NCBI GenBank assembly: GCA_963769935.1
Contig: CAVYNY010000010.1
Coordinates: 96,001 to 160,000 of the forward strand
DNA: 64,000 nucleotides
DNA from: an uncultured delta proteobacterium
GTDB lineage: Bacteria > Desulfobacterota > Desulfobacteria > Desulfobacterales > JAFDCJ01
Direction: 5' to 3'
Positions within the stretch are counted from its first letter, which is position 1. Each line of letters starts with the position of its first letter. Both the position numbers and the translations under genes were made by a program. Below are positions 1 through 9,897 of the stretch, piece after piece. The notes below the pieces were generated by a model that saw nothing but the letters and a program-made list of their open reading frames with translations, did not search any database and was not told where the DNA came from.

Positions 1-186
1 AATCAGGAGGAGCAGGTAGAGCTCCGATGTCCCAAGTGCAAGTCCGAGGAGTTTGAAAGGGTTTTGAGTGTTGCTTGCCATTCCATGGGCGGCGACGCTT
101 CTAAGAGCGGGGGGGCTCAATCGCAAACCCGCACCTGCCCGGGCGGTACCTGTACAACCTATGACATTCCCGGTCACAGCCGGTAA
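1..186 (+). CDS. FmdB-family zinc ribbon protein (3' part; 5' end outside window)
   Basis: Frame 1 reads NQEEQVELRCPKCKSEEFERVLSVACHSMGG...TRTCPGGTCTTYDIPGHSR*. The CPxC-x(4)-ERVLS motif and C-terminal CxxxxC are typical of FmdB. Not in the ORF track. Confidence 0.8.
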   Translation, partial: NQEEQVELRCPKCKSEEFERVLSVACHSMGGDASKSGGAQSQTRTCPGGTCTTYDIPGHSR

Positions 187-187
187 T

Positions 188-205
188 TATTGAACTTTTT
201 CAATA
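188..205. promoter_or_regulatory. Palindrome TATTGAA-N4-TTCAATA, candidate operator
   Basis: Perfect 7-bp arms, 36 bp upstream of the Fur-FeoA start codon. Confidence 0.35.
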
Positions 206-241
206 TTTAATTGTCAATTCAAGCAGGGGTGCGGATCTCCA

Positions 242-922
242 ATGAAGCAAGTTCATGTTCAAGAAAAACAGCAATTCAAGAACCTGTTTAAACAGGAACA
301 CATTGACAGTTTTGAGGATCGATTCAAGGTATTGGAAGCTTTTCTGCAGACGGAAAAGCATGTTACGGTCAACGAACTGGCCGAGTTGCTCAAAGACAGC
401 GGGTGGGACCTGGAACCCGAATTTGTCAGAGAAACGCTGAAACTAATGTGCCGTTTCGGTTTTGCCAACAAGAGCCGGTTCGACAATGGCGAGCTTCGAT
501 ACGAACATCGCCACCTGGGGCAACACCATGATCACATGATCTGCACGAAATGCAGAAATATTCTGGAATTTGAGGATGCGCAAATTGAACAGCTGCAAAT
601 CAAAATTGCCGCGGACCATGGATTCCACATGCTGCAGCACAAACTGGAAATTTACGGCATTTGCAATAACTGTCTTAAAGAGCGAATTAAAATGATGCCG
701 CTCACCCAGGCCAAACCGGGTGAGCGCCTTGTAATCAGGGAAATTTACGGGGGCGCCGGGGTGACGATGCGACTGCTGACCATGGGTTTGCGCCGGGATG
801 ATAAAATTGAGGTGATTACCAACAATGGCCAGGGACAGCTGGCCATAGCGGCGGATCTAAAACGTTATGTGCTGGGACGCGGCCTGGCCGAGAAAATAAT
901 GGTTGAACTGGCGGATGGGTAA
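242..922 (+). CDS. Fur-family metalloregulator with C-terminal FeoA domain
   Basis: HHDHMICTKC and GICNNC Fur motifs; C-terminal MPLTQAKPGE...RLLTMGL...LGRGLAEKIMVE FeoA signature. Confidence 0.88.
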   Translation: MKQVHVQEKQQFKNLFKQEHIDSFEDRFKVLEAFLQTEKHVTVNELAELLKDSGWDLEPEFVRETLKLMCRFGFANKSRFDNGELRYEHRHLGQHHDHMICTKCRNILEFEDAQIEQLQIKIAADHGFHMLQHKLEIYGICNNCLKERIKMMPLTQAKPGERLVIREIYGGAGVTMRLLTMGLRRDDKIEVITNNGQGQLAIAADLKRYVLGRGLAEKIMVELADG

Positions 923-931
923 TATAAAATC

Positions 932-1484
932 ATGGCCTCTTTTGAACCATCATATATCGGGACCTTTGAGACGGGATTGCTCAAAGAAAAAATAAATCAA
1001 GCTTACGACCAAATAAAACCCTGTGTCCTTTGCCCCAGACAATGCGGCGTTGATCGACTTTCCGGCGAGACAGGCATCTGCAACACCGGACTTTAAGTTC
1101 TGGGATCCTCAGATTGCCGCACACGCCTGCCGGGCGCCTGATTATCCGGAGGTGGCCCGCAGGGCTTTGCTGGAGATGCACCGGCAGGTGGGTGATCTGC
1201 TGCTCGATGAGGCCGGCTTAGCCAGGCGCGGTCTGGTGATACGACATCTGGTGCTGCCGGACGGGCTGGCGGGAACCCGGGAAATCATGAGATTCATTGC
1301 ACAACGTTTGTCACGCGACAGCTATGTCAACATTATGTCGCAGTATCGGCCCTGCGGCCGAGCGGCGGAGGTCAAGGGACTGAATTCGCAGCTGGCCGCA
1401 AAAGAATATCAACTGGCCGTTCAGGCCGCCGAAGAGGAAGGCATCACCCGGCTGGATCGGCCCCGGCTATTGTTTTTTCGATGA
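932..1484 (+). pseudogene. PflX-like radical SAM protein with internal deletion and frameshift
   Basis: 932-1096 reads MASFEPSY...CVLCPRQCGVDRLSGETGICNTGL*. A second frame from about 1086 reads PDFKFWD...EMHRQVGDL...GLVIRHLVLP...VNIMSQYRP. The central CxxxCxxC region is missing. Confidence 0.8.
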
Positions 1485-1509
1485 AAGATCCAACACCTTA
1501 ACGAATAAC

Positions 1510-2157
1510 ATGACCAATATTATGGGCAAAATATTTGCTGTCGGCGACATCCATGGTTCCTTTGATCGATTGCAGGAGCTGATGAAAAAAATACCAATCG
1601 ATTTCGCACACGACACTCTGGTTTTCATAGGCGACTACATTGACCGGGGCCCGGCTTCGGTTGAAGTCGTTGATTACCTGATAGGTTTAAAAAATCGGGT
1701 CCCGGAGACTATATTTTTAAAAGGCAATCATGAAGACATGCTCGAAAAATACCTGGATGGGACCGACCGTTTCACCTATCTGCTAAACGGCGGACAGAAT
1801 ACACTGGACAGCTATCTAAGCAGAAACCTGCAATCGGAATTATATCCGATCCCCTCCAATCATATGGAGTTCTTCAAGACGTTGCGACTCTATTATGAAA
1901 CCGAGGCCTATATTTTTGTCCACGCCGGCCTGCGGCCCAAGGTGCCTCTGGCGTCCCAGGAAACCGAGGACCTGCTGTGGATCCGGGATAAGTTTATCTA
2001 CAGTAAATATGATTTCGGTAAAACGGTAGTTTTCGGCCACACGCCGCTGGAAAAGCCGTTGGTGGAATCCAATAAAATCGGTATCGATACCGGCGCGGTT
2101 TACGGCAATGCCCTGACCTGTATCCAACTGCCGGAGCTTATTTTTTTTACCGCTTAG
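1510..2157 (+). CDS. Calcineurin-like metallophosphoesterase (PrpA/ApaH-type Ser/Thr phosphatase)
   Basis: GDIHG, GDYIDRG, GNHE, HAG, GHT and IDTG motifs. Confidence 0.9.
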   Translation: MTNIMGKIFAVGDIHGSFDRLQELMKKIPIDFAHDTLVFIGDYIDRGPASVEVVDYLIGLKNRVPETIFLKGNHEDMLEKYLDGTDRFTYLLNGGQNTLDSYLSRNLQSELYPIPSNHMEFFKTLRLYYETEAYIFVHAGLRPKVPLASQETEDLLWIRDKFIYSKYDFGKTVVFGHTPLEKPLVESNKIGIDTGAVYGNALTCIQLPELIFFTA

Positions 2158-2178
2158 GAAATGGGAAAATATATCATC

Positions 2179-2610
2179 ATGAAACGCCATTCATTGCTGC
2201 TCATCTTTTTATTTCTAATCGGCGCCGGAAATGCGATGGCCGAACGTTTAGCCGTTATTGCACCGACGGCCAATATCCGTTCCGGACCCGGCACCCAATA
2301 CGATGTTTTGTGGCAGGCGGAAAAATACTATCCTATTTTGGTGATCGAAAAGTCTGATCCATGGTATCAATTTAAGGATTTCGAGGGTGACACCGGCTGG
2401 GTACATAAATCACTGGTCGGGAACGTTGAGACGGTCATCACAAAAGGGGATCTCTGCAACATTCGCTCCGGCCCGGGGACCGGTGATAAAATCCTGTTTA
2501 CCGTGGAAAAGGGAATTCCGTTTAAGGTCCTTGAGCACAAGCAGAACTGGCTGCATATCGAACACGCCGACGGAGACCAGGGTTGGATCCACGATTCCCT
2601 GGTCTGGTGA
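2179..2610 (+). CDS. Secreted tandem bacterial SH3-domain protein
   Basis: Signal peptide MKRHSLLLIFLFLIGAGNAMA; two NIRSGPGT...GW(V/I)H repeats. Confidence 0.85.
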   Translation: MKRHSLLLIFLFLIGAGNAMAERLAVIAPTANIRSGPGTQYDVLWQAEKYYPILVIEKSDPWYQFKDFEGDTGWVHKSLVGNVETVITKGDLCNIRSGPGTGDKILFTVEKGIPFKVLEHKQNWLHIEHADGDQGWIHDSLVW

Positions 2611-2618
2611 TATCGCCG

Positions 2619-3635
2619 ATGACATCCGTAGAATTGAATAATAATTTCAAATACATAAAAAACAATCGCCGGCTGGTGGTCGGAATTGGCTCCGCATTGG
2701 TTGACATTCTTACTCACGCAGACGATAATTTTTTAGCAAAAACAGGCGCAGCCAAAGGCGGCATGACGCTGGTGGCAAAGGAGGACATCGAGCGCACCCT
2801 GGCGCTATCTTCGGGCACCTACAGCATTGTCCCCGGAGGGTCCGCATGCAACACCGTCGTTGGCATCGGAAAACTGGGCGGAAAGGCCCGATTTGTGGGC
2901 AAATGCGGCAATGGCGACATGGGAAATTTGATTGAAAATGAACTCAGAAGGCAAAATGTCGAACCTGCCCTATTTCGATCCGATTCACCCACCGGTCGCG
3001 TTTTGTCGATTATCACGCCGGATGCCCAGCGAACCATGTTCACCTATCTCGGTGCATCGGCGGAAACCCGCCCGGAAGAAATTTCCATAAATTGTTTTGA
3101 AAATGCCGCCATCGTACACGTCGAGGGGTATCTGCTGTTTAATCCGGATTTGATTGAAGCTGCCCTGCACAGCGCCAAAGAGGCCGGTGCCAGAATATCA
3201 TTAGATCTTGCCAGCTTTACGGTGGTTGAAGAATCAAAGGAGTTGCTTGCGCATCTGGTCGAGACCTACGTGGATATTCTAATTGCCAATGAAGATGAAG
3301 CCGAAGCCTTTTGCGGCTGCAGAGATGAACGTCTTGCCCTTGTGGCGCTTTCCCGCAACGCTGAAATTGCCGTTCTTAAAGTCGGTGCCCGCGGCAGCTA
3401 TATATCTCACGGCGGAAGTATTATTACTGTCAATCCTATGGGTGACGGTAATGCATTGGATACGACCGGTGCCGGTGACCTGTGGGCCGCCGGCTTTCTT
3501 TTTGGACTTGTCGAAGGATATCCGCTCGAAAAATGCGGTGAACTCGGCTCCGCCTGCGGTTATGAGGTTTGCCAGGTTATCGGCGCCAATATTCCGGAAG
3601 TCGGGTGGGACCGAATTAGGAGATTGTTGAATTGA
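2619..3635 (+). CDS. PfkB-family (adenosine kinase-like) carbohydrate kinase
   Basis: GGSACNT, ANEDEA and DTTGAGD motifs. Start moved to the ATG at 2619. Confidence 0.88.
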   Translation: MTSVELNNNFKYIKNNRRLVVGIGSALVDILTHADDNFLAKTGAAKGGMTLVAKEDIERTLALSSGTYSIVPGGSACNTVVGIGKLGGKARFVGKCGNGDMGNLIENELRRQNVEPALFRSDSPTGRVLSIITPDAQRTMFTYLGASAETRPEEISINCFENAAIVHVEGYLLFNPDLIEAALHSAKEAGARISLDLASFTVVEESKELLAHLVETYVDILIANEDEAEAFCGCRDERLALVALSRNAEIAVLKVGARGSYISHGGSIITVNPMGDGNALDTTGAGDLWAAGFLFGLVEGYPLEKCGELGSACGYEVCQVIGANIPEVGWDRIRRLLN

Positions 3636-3748
3636 GTGGGCGGAATCGATGGTGGATGCGCTCGAATACTGGTTGAATTAAATGGGTATTTTTTGAGGCA
3701 GGCATATCTGCCGCAATCCTGGAATAAACGATTTTTACTGGAGGATTC

Positions 3749-4441
3749 ATGGCCAAAAAACGCAAAAAGACCCGCAAGGAACTGTTAAAAGAACCGGATG
3801 AGTTTATTACTTTATCGAGTAAATTTCTTGGGTTTGCCGCCGAGCATAAATCTTTGATAACCTATTCGATAACAATTATTCTAGCCCTGGCGGTGATAAT
3901 TAGCGGGATTCGCTTTTTTTCTACCCGGGCTGAAAACAAGGCGGCCGCCTTGCTGGATAACAGCTTGACAAAATACGAAATTTTAAAAAATGACAAGAAA
4001 ACTCCGCAGGAGATTTATGGTGCGGTATCGCCGGATTTTCAATTGATTCTCGACAAATACGGCAGCAAAGAAAGCGGAAGAATTGCCCGCTTGACTTTTG
4101 CAAATATTTGCTACGATGCCGGCAAATATAAACAGGCCATTGATCTTTACAAAACATCGCTGGAAGATTTTAAAAAGCACCCGCTGGTTCAGGATCAGAT
4201 CGTTGGCAGCCTCGGATATGCCTGGGAAGAGTTAAAAGATTATGCAACGGCGGCCGGCTATTTTGAGAAACTCACTATCGCACCGGAGCCGGTTATGCGA
4301 GCCGAAGCCCTTTACCATCTAGGCTGGCTATATGCTAAATTAGGACAAACCGAAAAAAGCCGGGCGGCATATACTAAAATACTTTCCGAGCATCCGGATT
4401 TTATTTACCTCGACCTTGTCAAGGAACGTCTGGCCGGCTAA
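3749..4441 (+). CDS. Membrane-anchored TPR protein (YfgM-like)
   Basis: RKELLKEPDEF N-terminus, one TM helix, TPR repeats. Confidence 0.8.
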   Translation: MAKKRKKTRKELLKEPDEFITLSSKFLGFAAEHKSLITYSITIILALAVIISGIRFFSTRAENKAAALLDNSLTKYEILKNDKKTPQEIYGAVSPDFQLILDKYGSKESGRIARLTFANICYDAGKYKQAIDLYKTSLEDFKKHPLVQDQIVGSLGYAWEELKDYATAAGYFEKLTIAPEPVMRAEALYHLGWLYAKLGQTEKSRAAYTKILSEHPDFIYLDLVKERLAG

Positions 4442-5820
4442 TTTTTAGTCCCGATGTCCAGATCGTATTTTTTTATTTTTTGATTCAGGCCGCTTTTGCC
4501 GATCCCCAGTATGGCAGCCGCATGGGCCTGGACATTGTCGGCCATTTTTAAGGCCCTTTCGATCATCGCCTTTTCAATCATGGCCAGGGTTTCGTACAGT
4601 TGGGCGTTTGTTGGAATGCCCTCCAGATGCAGGTCATTGTGTACATTATCCTTGAAGCCCCGGGGCAGATCCGATACCCGGACGACATCGCCGGGGCATA
4701 AAATCATGACTCTTTCAATTAAATTTTCAAGTTCCCGGACATTGCCGGGCCAACTGTAATCAAAGAACAGGCGATCGACTTCCTGGTCAACGCCTTTTAC
4801 CGGCAGTGCCAATTTGCGTTCGGATTCGTATTTTTTGATGAAGTGATCAACCAGGAGACGAATATCTTCTCGGCGCTCTCTCAGCGGCGGTAAAACAATA
4901 TGGACCACATCCAACCGGTAGAAGAGGTCGTCGCGGAAATGCCCGCTGATCATCTCCTCTTTTAGGATTTTGTTGGTAGCTGCAATAACCCTGATATCTA
5001 CGGCAATAGGTCTGATACCGCCAACCCGCTCAATCACTTTTTCCTGCAGGACGCGCAGCAGTTTCACCTGGAGGTTGGCCGACAACTCTCCGATTTCATC
5101 CAGAAACAGGGTGCCGCCATCGGCCAACTCGAAGCGTCCTTTCTTCATGGCCACCGCTCCGGTAAAAGAGCCTTTTTCGTGGCCGAACAGCTCGCTTTCC
5201 AGCAAATTCTCAGCCAGGGCCGAACAATTCACGGCCACAAAGGCTTTATCATGTCGCGAGCTGTTGAAATGGATGGATTTGGCCGCCAGCTCTTTTCCGG
5301 TCCCGCTCTCGCCCTCGATCAGCACGGTCGCATTTGACGGCGCAACTTTTTGGATCAATTTAAAAACATCCTGCATCGGTTTGCTCTTGGCGATGAAATT
5401 GCCGAAGCGGTACTGGGATTCAACCGCATCGCGCAAACGCCGATTCTCTTTGACCACCTGATACATGGCGACGGCTTTTTTCACATAAATTATCAGGCGA
5501 TCATTGTCGAAAGGCTTCAGGATATAGCTGTAAGCACCTTTTTGCATGGCCTCCACTGCTTTATCGACCGTACCGTGAGCGGTCATCATAATCAGCGGCA
5601 GGTCCGGATCAATCGCCTTGATGTTTTCCAGCAGTTCAATGCCGCTCATGCCCGGCATTTTCATGTCCGTCAAAATCAGATCCAGATCAGATGTTTTATG
5701 AATCTCAAGTGCCTCCGGCCCGCTGAGAGCGGTCAGTACTTCGTAGCCTTCATCTTCCAGCACCGCACTCAGCACGAGCAGATAATTTTTTTCATCATCA
5801 ACAATCAGAATGGTTTCCAT
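4438..5820 (-). CDS. Sigma-54-dependent response regulator (REC-AAA+-Fis)
   Basis: REC domain, GESGTGKE, GSFTGA, FLDEIGE, WPGNVREL, HTH. Confidence 0.93.
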   Translation of the reverse strand: METILIVDDEKNYLLVLSAVLEDEGYEVLTALSGPEALEIHKTSDLDLILTDMKMPGMSGIELLENIKAIDPDLPLIMMTAHGTVDKAVEAMQKGAYSYILKPFDNDRLIIYVKKAVAMYQVVKENRRLRDAVESQYRFGNFIAKSKPMQDVFKLIQKVAPSNATVLIEGESGTGKELAAKSIHFNSSRHDKAFVAVNCSALAENLLESELFGHEKGSFTGAVAMKKGRFELADGGTLFLDEIGELSANLQVKLLRVLQEKVIERVGGIRPIAVDIRVIAATNKILKEEMISGHFRDDLFYRLDVVHIVLPPLRERREDIRLLVDHFIKKYESERKLALPVKGVDQEVDRLFFDYSWPGNVRELENLIERVMILCPGDVVRVSDLPRGFKDNVHNDLHLEGIPTNAQLYETLAMIEKAMIERALKMADNVQAHAAAILGIGKSGLNQKIKKYDLDIGTKN

Positions 5821-5874
5821 TTTATGATATTCTTTTTTTTAGTCGGAAGAATTCCTTAAGTATTCAATATTCAA

Positions 5875-7308
5875 TCATTCAACCCGCGTTTCCGGCTGTT
5901 CGATCGGCAATTCCACGGTGACCTGGGCCCCGCCGGAGGTTCTGTTCTGAATCTGTATGCTGCCGCCATGAGATTCAATGATGTTTTTGACGACCCCCAG
6001 TCCCAGCCCCGTTCCCATTTCCTTGGTAGTGAAAAAGGGATCCCAAATCTTATCCAGGACATCGTCCGCAATGCCCTGACCTTCATCTTCAAAGTTAATC
6101 GTAACAATTTTGTCGTTGGCACTGATTGAAATGTCAATGCAGCCGCCATCAGGCATCGCCTGCATGGCATTGATCAGAATATTTAAAAACGACTGGTAGA
6201 GCAAGGCGGCATCGGCCTGAATTTCCGGCAATGAGTTCTTGTAGTTCTGTCTAATGCGGCATCCTTTTTCTTCAATTTGCAGGGCCAGAAATGTAATGTT
6301 TTTATCAATAACCTCCTGGATGCGGCAGGGGCTCAAATTCGGACTTCTGGGCTTGGCAAAATTAATGAAGTCGGTCACGATGCGATTGAGCCGATTGGCC
6401 TCTTCGACAATGATATCCGGGATCGTGTTGGAAGGATCGATTTTTGTGACTTTTTTCTTCAGCAATTCGGCTGAGCTTCTGATGATTCCCAGCGGGTTGC
6501 GAATCTCATGGGAAATTCCGGCCGCCATCTCGCCGAGGGAAGAAAGCCGCTCTGCCCGGCTCAAGCGTTCTTTGAGCCGCAGTCTTTCCATGGCCCGTTT
6601 TTGGATAATGCCTTCACCGCGTTTGACAACAAAGATCAGCACGACAAATAGCGCTCCCATAATCACGGTACAGGTAATCACAACCAAAATCTGGAATTTG
6701 AAAATGGTCTGATAATCATCGGATAAATCCTGTACGATCTCCACCACCCCCAAAACCGGGCCGGTGATCCTGGACAGTTGCGGTTCCCAGCGCAGGGGAG
6801 CATAGGTGAAAAGCCGCACGACTTTGGGAAAACCGAGTGAAATCTCAAAAAGGTTGCCTCGCTGAACAAGCTTGGATGTAATTTTCCCCTCAAGAGCCTG
6901 CTGGTAGCCGGTACCGCCGTAATTTTTCCGGCCGATTAAATCATGGTCAAAACTGTACGAAACCAAATTATCCATATTATATATATTGATGGTTTCGACT
7001 TTGAAACTGTGCAAAGTATTGCGAACGACACTATCCATGCGTTCGAACTGTTCCTGGTTGCTAAGCTGAATTTTTCCGAACATGACACCGACCGGAACAA
7101 TAAACTGTACAAAAACCTGATGATTCAAATTTTCGATGAGGCTGCGGGCATAATCTTCACTTTTCTGCCGTTGCATGGCCTTGACCCAATGGGTATTCAG
7201 CACCGACAGTATGATTGTAACCAGGAAAATAACGACCAGACCGGTAAAAGTAAAATATTTGACCAGCCGAAACGGCTTAATTCTTTCTTCTGAGGGTTTG
7301 CTTTCCAT
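5875..7308 (-). CDS. Membrane sensor histidine kinase (partner of the regulator at 4438-5820)
   Basis: Two TM helices, HEIRNPL H-box, N, G1, F and G2 boxes. Confidence 0.92.
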   Translation of the reverse strand: MESKPSEERIKPFRLVKYFTFTGLVVIFLVTIILSVLNTHWVKAMQRQKSEDYARSLIENLNHQVFVQFIVPVGVMFGKIQLSNQEQFERMDSVVRNTLHSFKVETINIYNMDNLVSYSFDHDLIGRKNYGGTGYQQALEGKITSKLVQRGNLFEISLGFPKVVRLFTYAPLRWEPQLSRITGPVLGVVEIVQDLSDDYQTIFKFQILVVITCTVIMGALFVVLIFVVKRGEGIIQKRAMERLRLKERLSRAERLSSLGEMAAGISHEIRNPLGIIRSSAELLKKKVTKIDPSNTIPDIIVEEANRLNRIVTDFINFAKPRSPNLSPCRIQEVIDKNITFLALQIEEKGCRIRQNYKNSLPEIQADAALLYQSFLNILINAMQAMPDGGCIDISISANDKIVTINFEDEGQGIADDVLDKIWDPFFTTKEMGTGLGLGVVKNIIESHGGSIQIQNRTSGGAQVTVELPIEQPETRVE

Positions 7309-7628
7309 GATGGACCATAAGATTATACCAGTTTGGCGCTAAATTAAAGCTTTTTCTCTCAAGTTTCATAGGCCCGGACCGATACATGTTACTACATACA
7401 GTGTAAGACCGGTCGTGTCTGGAGACCGGGGCACCGGGTAGATGCTAGGCCTTTCAAATTTTTGACGGTTTAGCAAAAAAAACTAATATGCGCTTTAAGG
7501 CCCGCTGGAAAAATTAATTTTTGTACCCGGCCAGCAGCAAATATTATCAAATTTAACTATTTGAAATTAAAATAATATTATTGAGTCACCTTTTTCAGCC
7601 GGTAAATTGCAAAATAATTGGCAACTAT

Positions 7629-7643
7629 TGGCGCAGAACTTGC
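7629..7643 (+). promoter_or_regulatory. Sigma-54 (-24/-12) promoter
   Basis: TGGCGC-AGAAC-TTGC; exact GG-N10-GC spacing. Confidence 0.65.
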
Positions 7644-8033
7644 AATCTATGGGTCATGTCTAAAGATTGGATTCTGCAAACGTCAATCCGATGACTGGTT
7701 AGGCCTTTTTCTTAATGATTTATGCAACCGAATTCCTAGCAACAACTGGTGTAACCGACTCCGAAGCCGAATTGCTGCCGAAGGTAACTGAAACAACAAA
7801 ATGTTACGTTCACTACTACTACTAGATATGGTAATTCCGAAAAAATGGCGGCACAACATGATGTAATTATGTATAGTTGTATGTTAATTATATATAATTA
7901 AATTGACTTAAACGGAATAACATGTAACTATTTATGAAGTCATCTTCAGCATTGGCTGGATTTGCCTGCGGCTTTGGAAAGTTAATTAATTTCAATTCAT
8001 TTTTTACTGCTCAGCATTCGGGATGCCAAATCT

Positions 8034-8231
8034 ATGGGCAAGAACATATTAAAAGAGACCAGAGAATCTTTGTTAATGAGTAAAGCCGAACTCGCCAGAC
8101 AGGCAAACATATCCCCAATCACGATTACCAGAATTGAAAAGAACATGCCATGTCGGATGGAAACCCAACGTAAGATTCTCGAGGCACTGGGCTTAAAACC
8201 AGCAGATAAACATAAAATATTCAAGGATTAA
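8034..8231 (+). CDS. XRE-family HTH protein, first gene of the pil operon
   Basis: MSKAELARQANISPITITRIEK HTH; 9 bp before pilM. Confidence 0.85.
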   Translation: MGKNILKETRESLLMSKAELARQANISPITITRIEKNMPCRMETQRKILEALGLKPADKHKIFKD

Positions 8232-8240
8232 ACGTATCTC

Positions 8241-9296
8241 ATGGTTTTCGGAAAAAAAGATCATCTCGTAGGTTTGGATATTGGTTCCAGATCCATCAAA
8301 GCAGCTGAAATCGTAGATTCCAAACGAGGCCCCACGCTGAGGCATTTCGGCATCGTGGACATTGCGCATGGTGCCATCGAAGAAGGCACGATTAATGATC
8401 CCGAGTCGGTTGCCGAGTCAATTAAGCAGCTTTTTAAGTCATACAATATAAAAGAAAGCAACGTGGCGGTATCCATTGGAGGCTACTCGGTCATCGTTAA
8501 AAAGATCAATGTTCAAAACATGGCCGAGGAGCAGCTGCAAGAGACCATTCATTTTGAAGCCGAACAATATATCCCGTTTGACATCAGTGATGTCAATCTT
8601 GATTTTCAAATCCTCGGGGAGAATGAATCCAATCCCAATCAGATGAATGTGTTTCTGGTGGCAGCCAAAAAAGACATGGTTAATGACTATATCAACCTGG
8701 TTAACCTGGCGGGACTCAACCCCTGCATTGTCGATGTAGAAGCATTTGCGCTGCAAAACTCGTTTGAAGCCAACTACAATATTCAAGACGAAAATGTTGC
8801 TCTGATTGATATTGGCGCCAGCAAGACATCATTGAATATCCTCAAGGGCAATTCGTCGGTGTTCATGCGGGACGTTTCATTGGGTTGCGGACAGATCAAT
8901 CAGAAAATAATGTCATTGATCGAATGCTCCTTTGAAGAAGCAGAGCAACTTAAATACGGGGACAATCCCGATCGGCTCACCCCGGATGACTTAAAAGGTA
9001 TCGTTTCATCGGTGGTCGCCGACTGGTGCACTGAAATTAGACGGGCCCTTGACTTTTTCTACTCCACTTACCCGGAGGATCAAATAAAGCGCATTGTCAT
9101 CAGCGGCGGCGGGGCCAACATCGGCGAATTCCGGCAGCTTCTGGCAACCGAAGCCTCCGCCGAAGTTGAATCCATAAATCCGTTTAAAAATTTTCACCTC
9201 GATGAAAAAAGTTTCGACGACGCATTCATTAAACAAATTGCGCCCCAGGCGGCCATCAGCATGGGCCTGGCAATGAGAAAAGTGGACGACAAATGA
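8241..9296 (+). CDS. pilM: Type IV pilus assembly protein PilM
   Basis: VGLDIGS, EAEQYIPF, LIDIGA, SGGGA actin-like motifs; operon order. Confidence 0.95.
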   Translation: MVFGKKDHLVGLDIGSRSIKAAEIVDSKRGPTLRHFGIVDIAHGAIEEGTINDPESVAESIKQLFKSYNIKESNVAVSIGGYSVIVKKINVQNMAEEQLQETIHFEAEQYIPFDISDVNLDFQILGENESNPNQMNVFLVAAKKDMVNDYINLVNLAGLNPCIVDVEAFALQNSFEANYNIQDENVALIDIGASKTSLNILKGNSSVFMRDVSLGCGQINQKIMSLIECSFEEAEQLKYGDNPDRLTPDDLKGIVSSVVADWCTEIRRALDFFYSTYPEDQIKRIVISGGGANIGEFRQLLATEASAEVESINPFKNFHLDEKSFDDAFIKQIAPQAAISMGLAMRKVDDK

Positions 9297-9856
9297 TAAG
9301 AATCAACCTGCTGCCATTCCGCGCAGCTCGCAAAAAAGAAAACATCCGACGCCAGGTTTCCATCTTTCTGCTTTCTCTGGTATTTCTGCTGATCCTTCTT
9401 TTTTATCATAATTGGAATTTGGGCCACAAGATTGACGGCCTGAATGCCAAGATTACACAGACAAATTCCGAGCTGAAAAAATACGAAGCAATCAATAAAG
9501 AAATAGAAGAGATTAAGAAAAAACTCAGTAATCTGAAGCAAAAATTGGCAGTCATGGATAACCTTGAGGCCAACCGTTTTGAACCTACCCGGCTGATGGA
9601 GATAATGACTCAGGTAATCGTACCCAAGCGCATGTGGTTCACTCGTATGGACTCCAAGGACAAGACGGTCGACATCAAAGGCATCGCTCTGGACAATAAA
9701 ACCGTGGCCGATTTCATGGTCCGCCTGGAGCAAAGCGGACTTTTCAGCGACGTCAACTTGGAAACGCTCAAGGCGCAAACGGTGCAAAAAGCCAATTTAA
9801 AAAGCTTTCAGATCAGCTGCGTCAAAAAGCCTCCGATTAAAGAGCAAAAAAAATAA
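9293..9856 (+). CDS. pilN: Type IV pilus assembly protein PilN
   Basis: MIRINLLP N-terminus, TM helix, coiled coil. Confidence 0.95.
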   Translation: MIRINLLPFRAARKKENIRRQVSIFLLSLVFLLILLFYHNWNLGHKIDGLNAKITQTNSELKKYEAINKEIEEIKKKLSNLKQKLAVMDNLEANRFEPTRLMEIMTQVIVPKRMWFTRMDSKDKTVDIKGIALDNKTVADFMVRLEQSGLFSDVNLETLKAQTVQKANLKSFQISCVKKPPIKEQKK

Positions 9857-9897
9857 GCATTTAGGAAAAAATCAGAAAAGGCTGAGGCAAAGAAATA

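Noticed and set aside
1023..1085. ORF-track N-terminus MSFAPDNAAL...
   Set aside because: Off-frame translation of the radical SAM 5' fragment.
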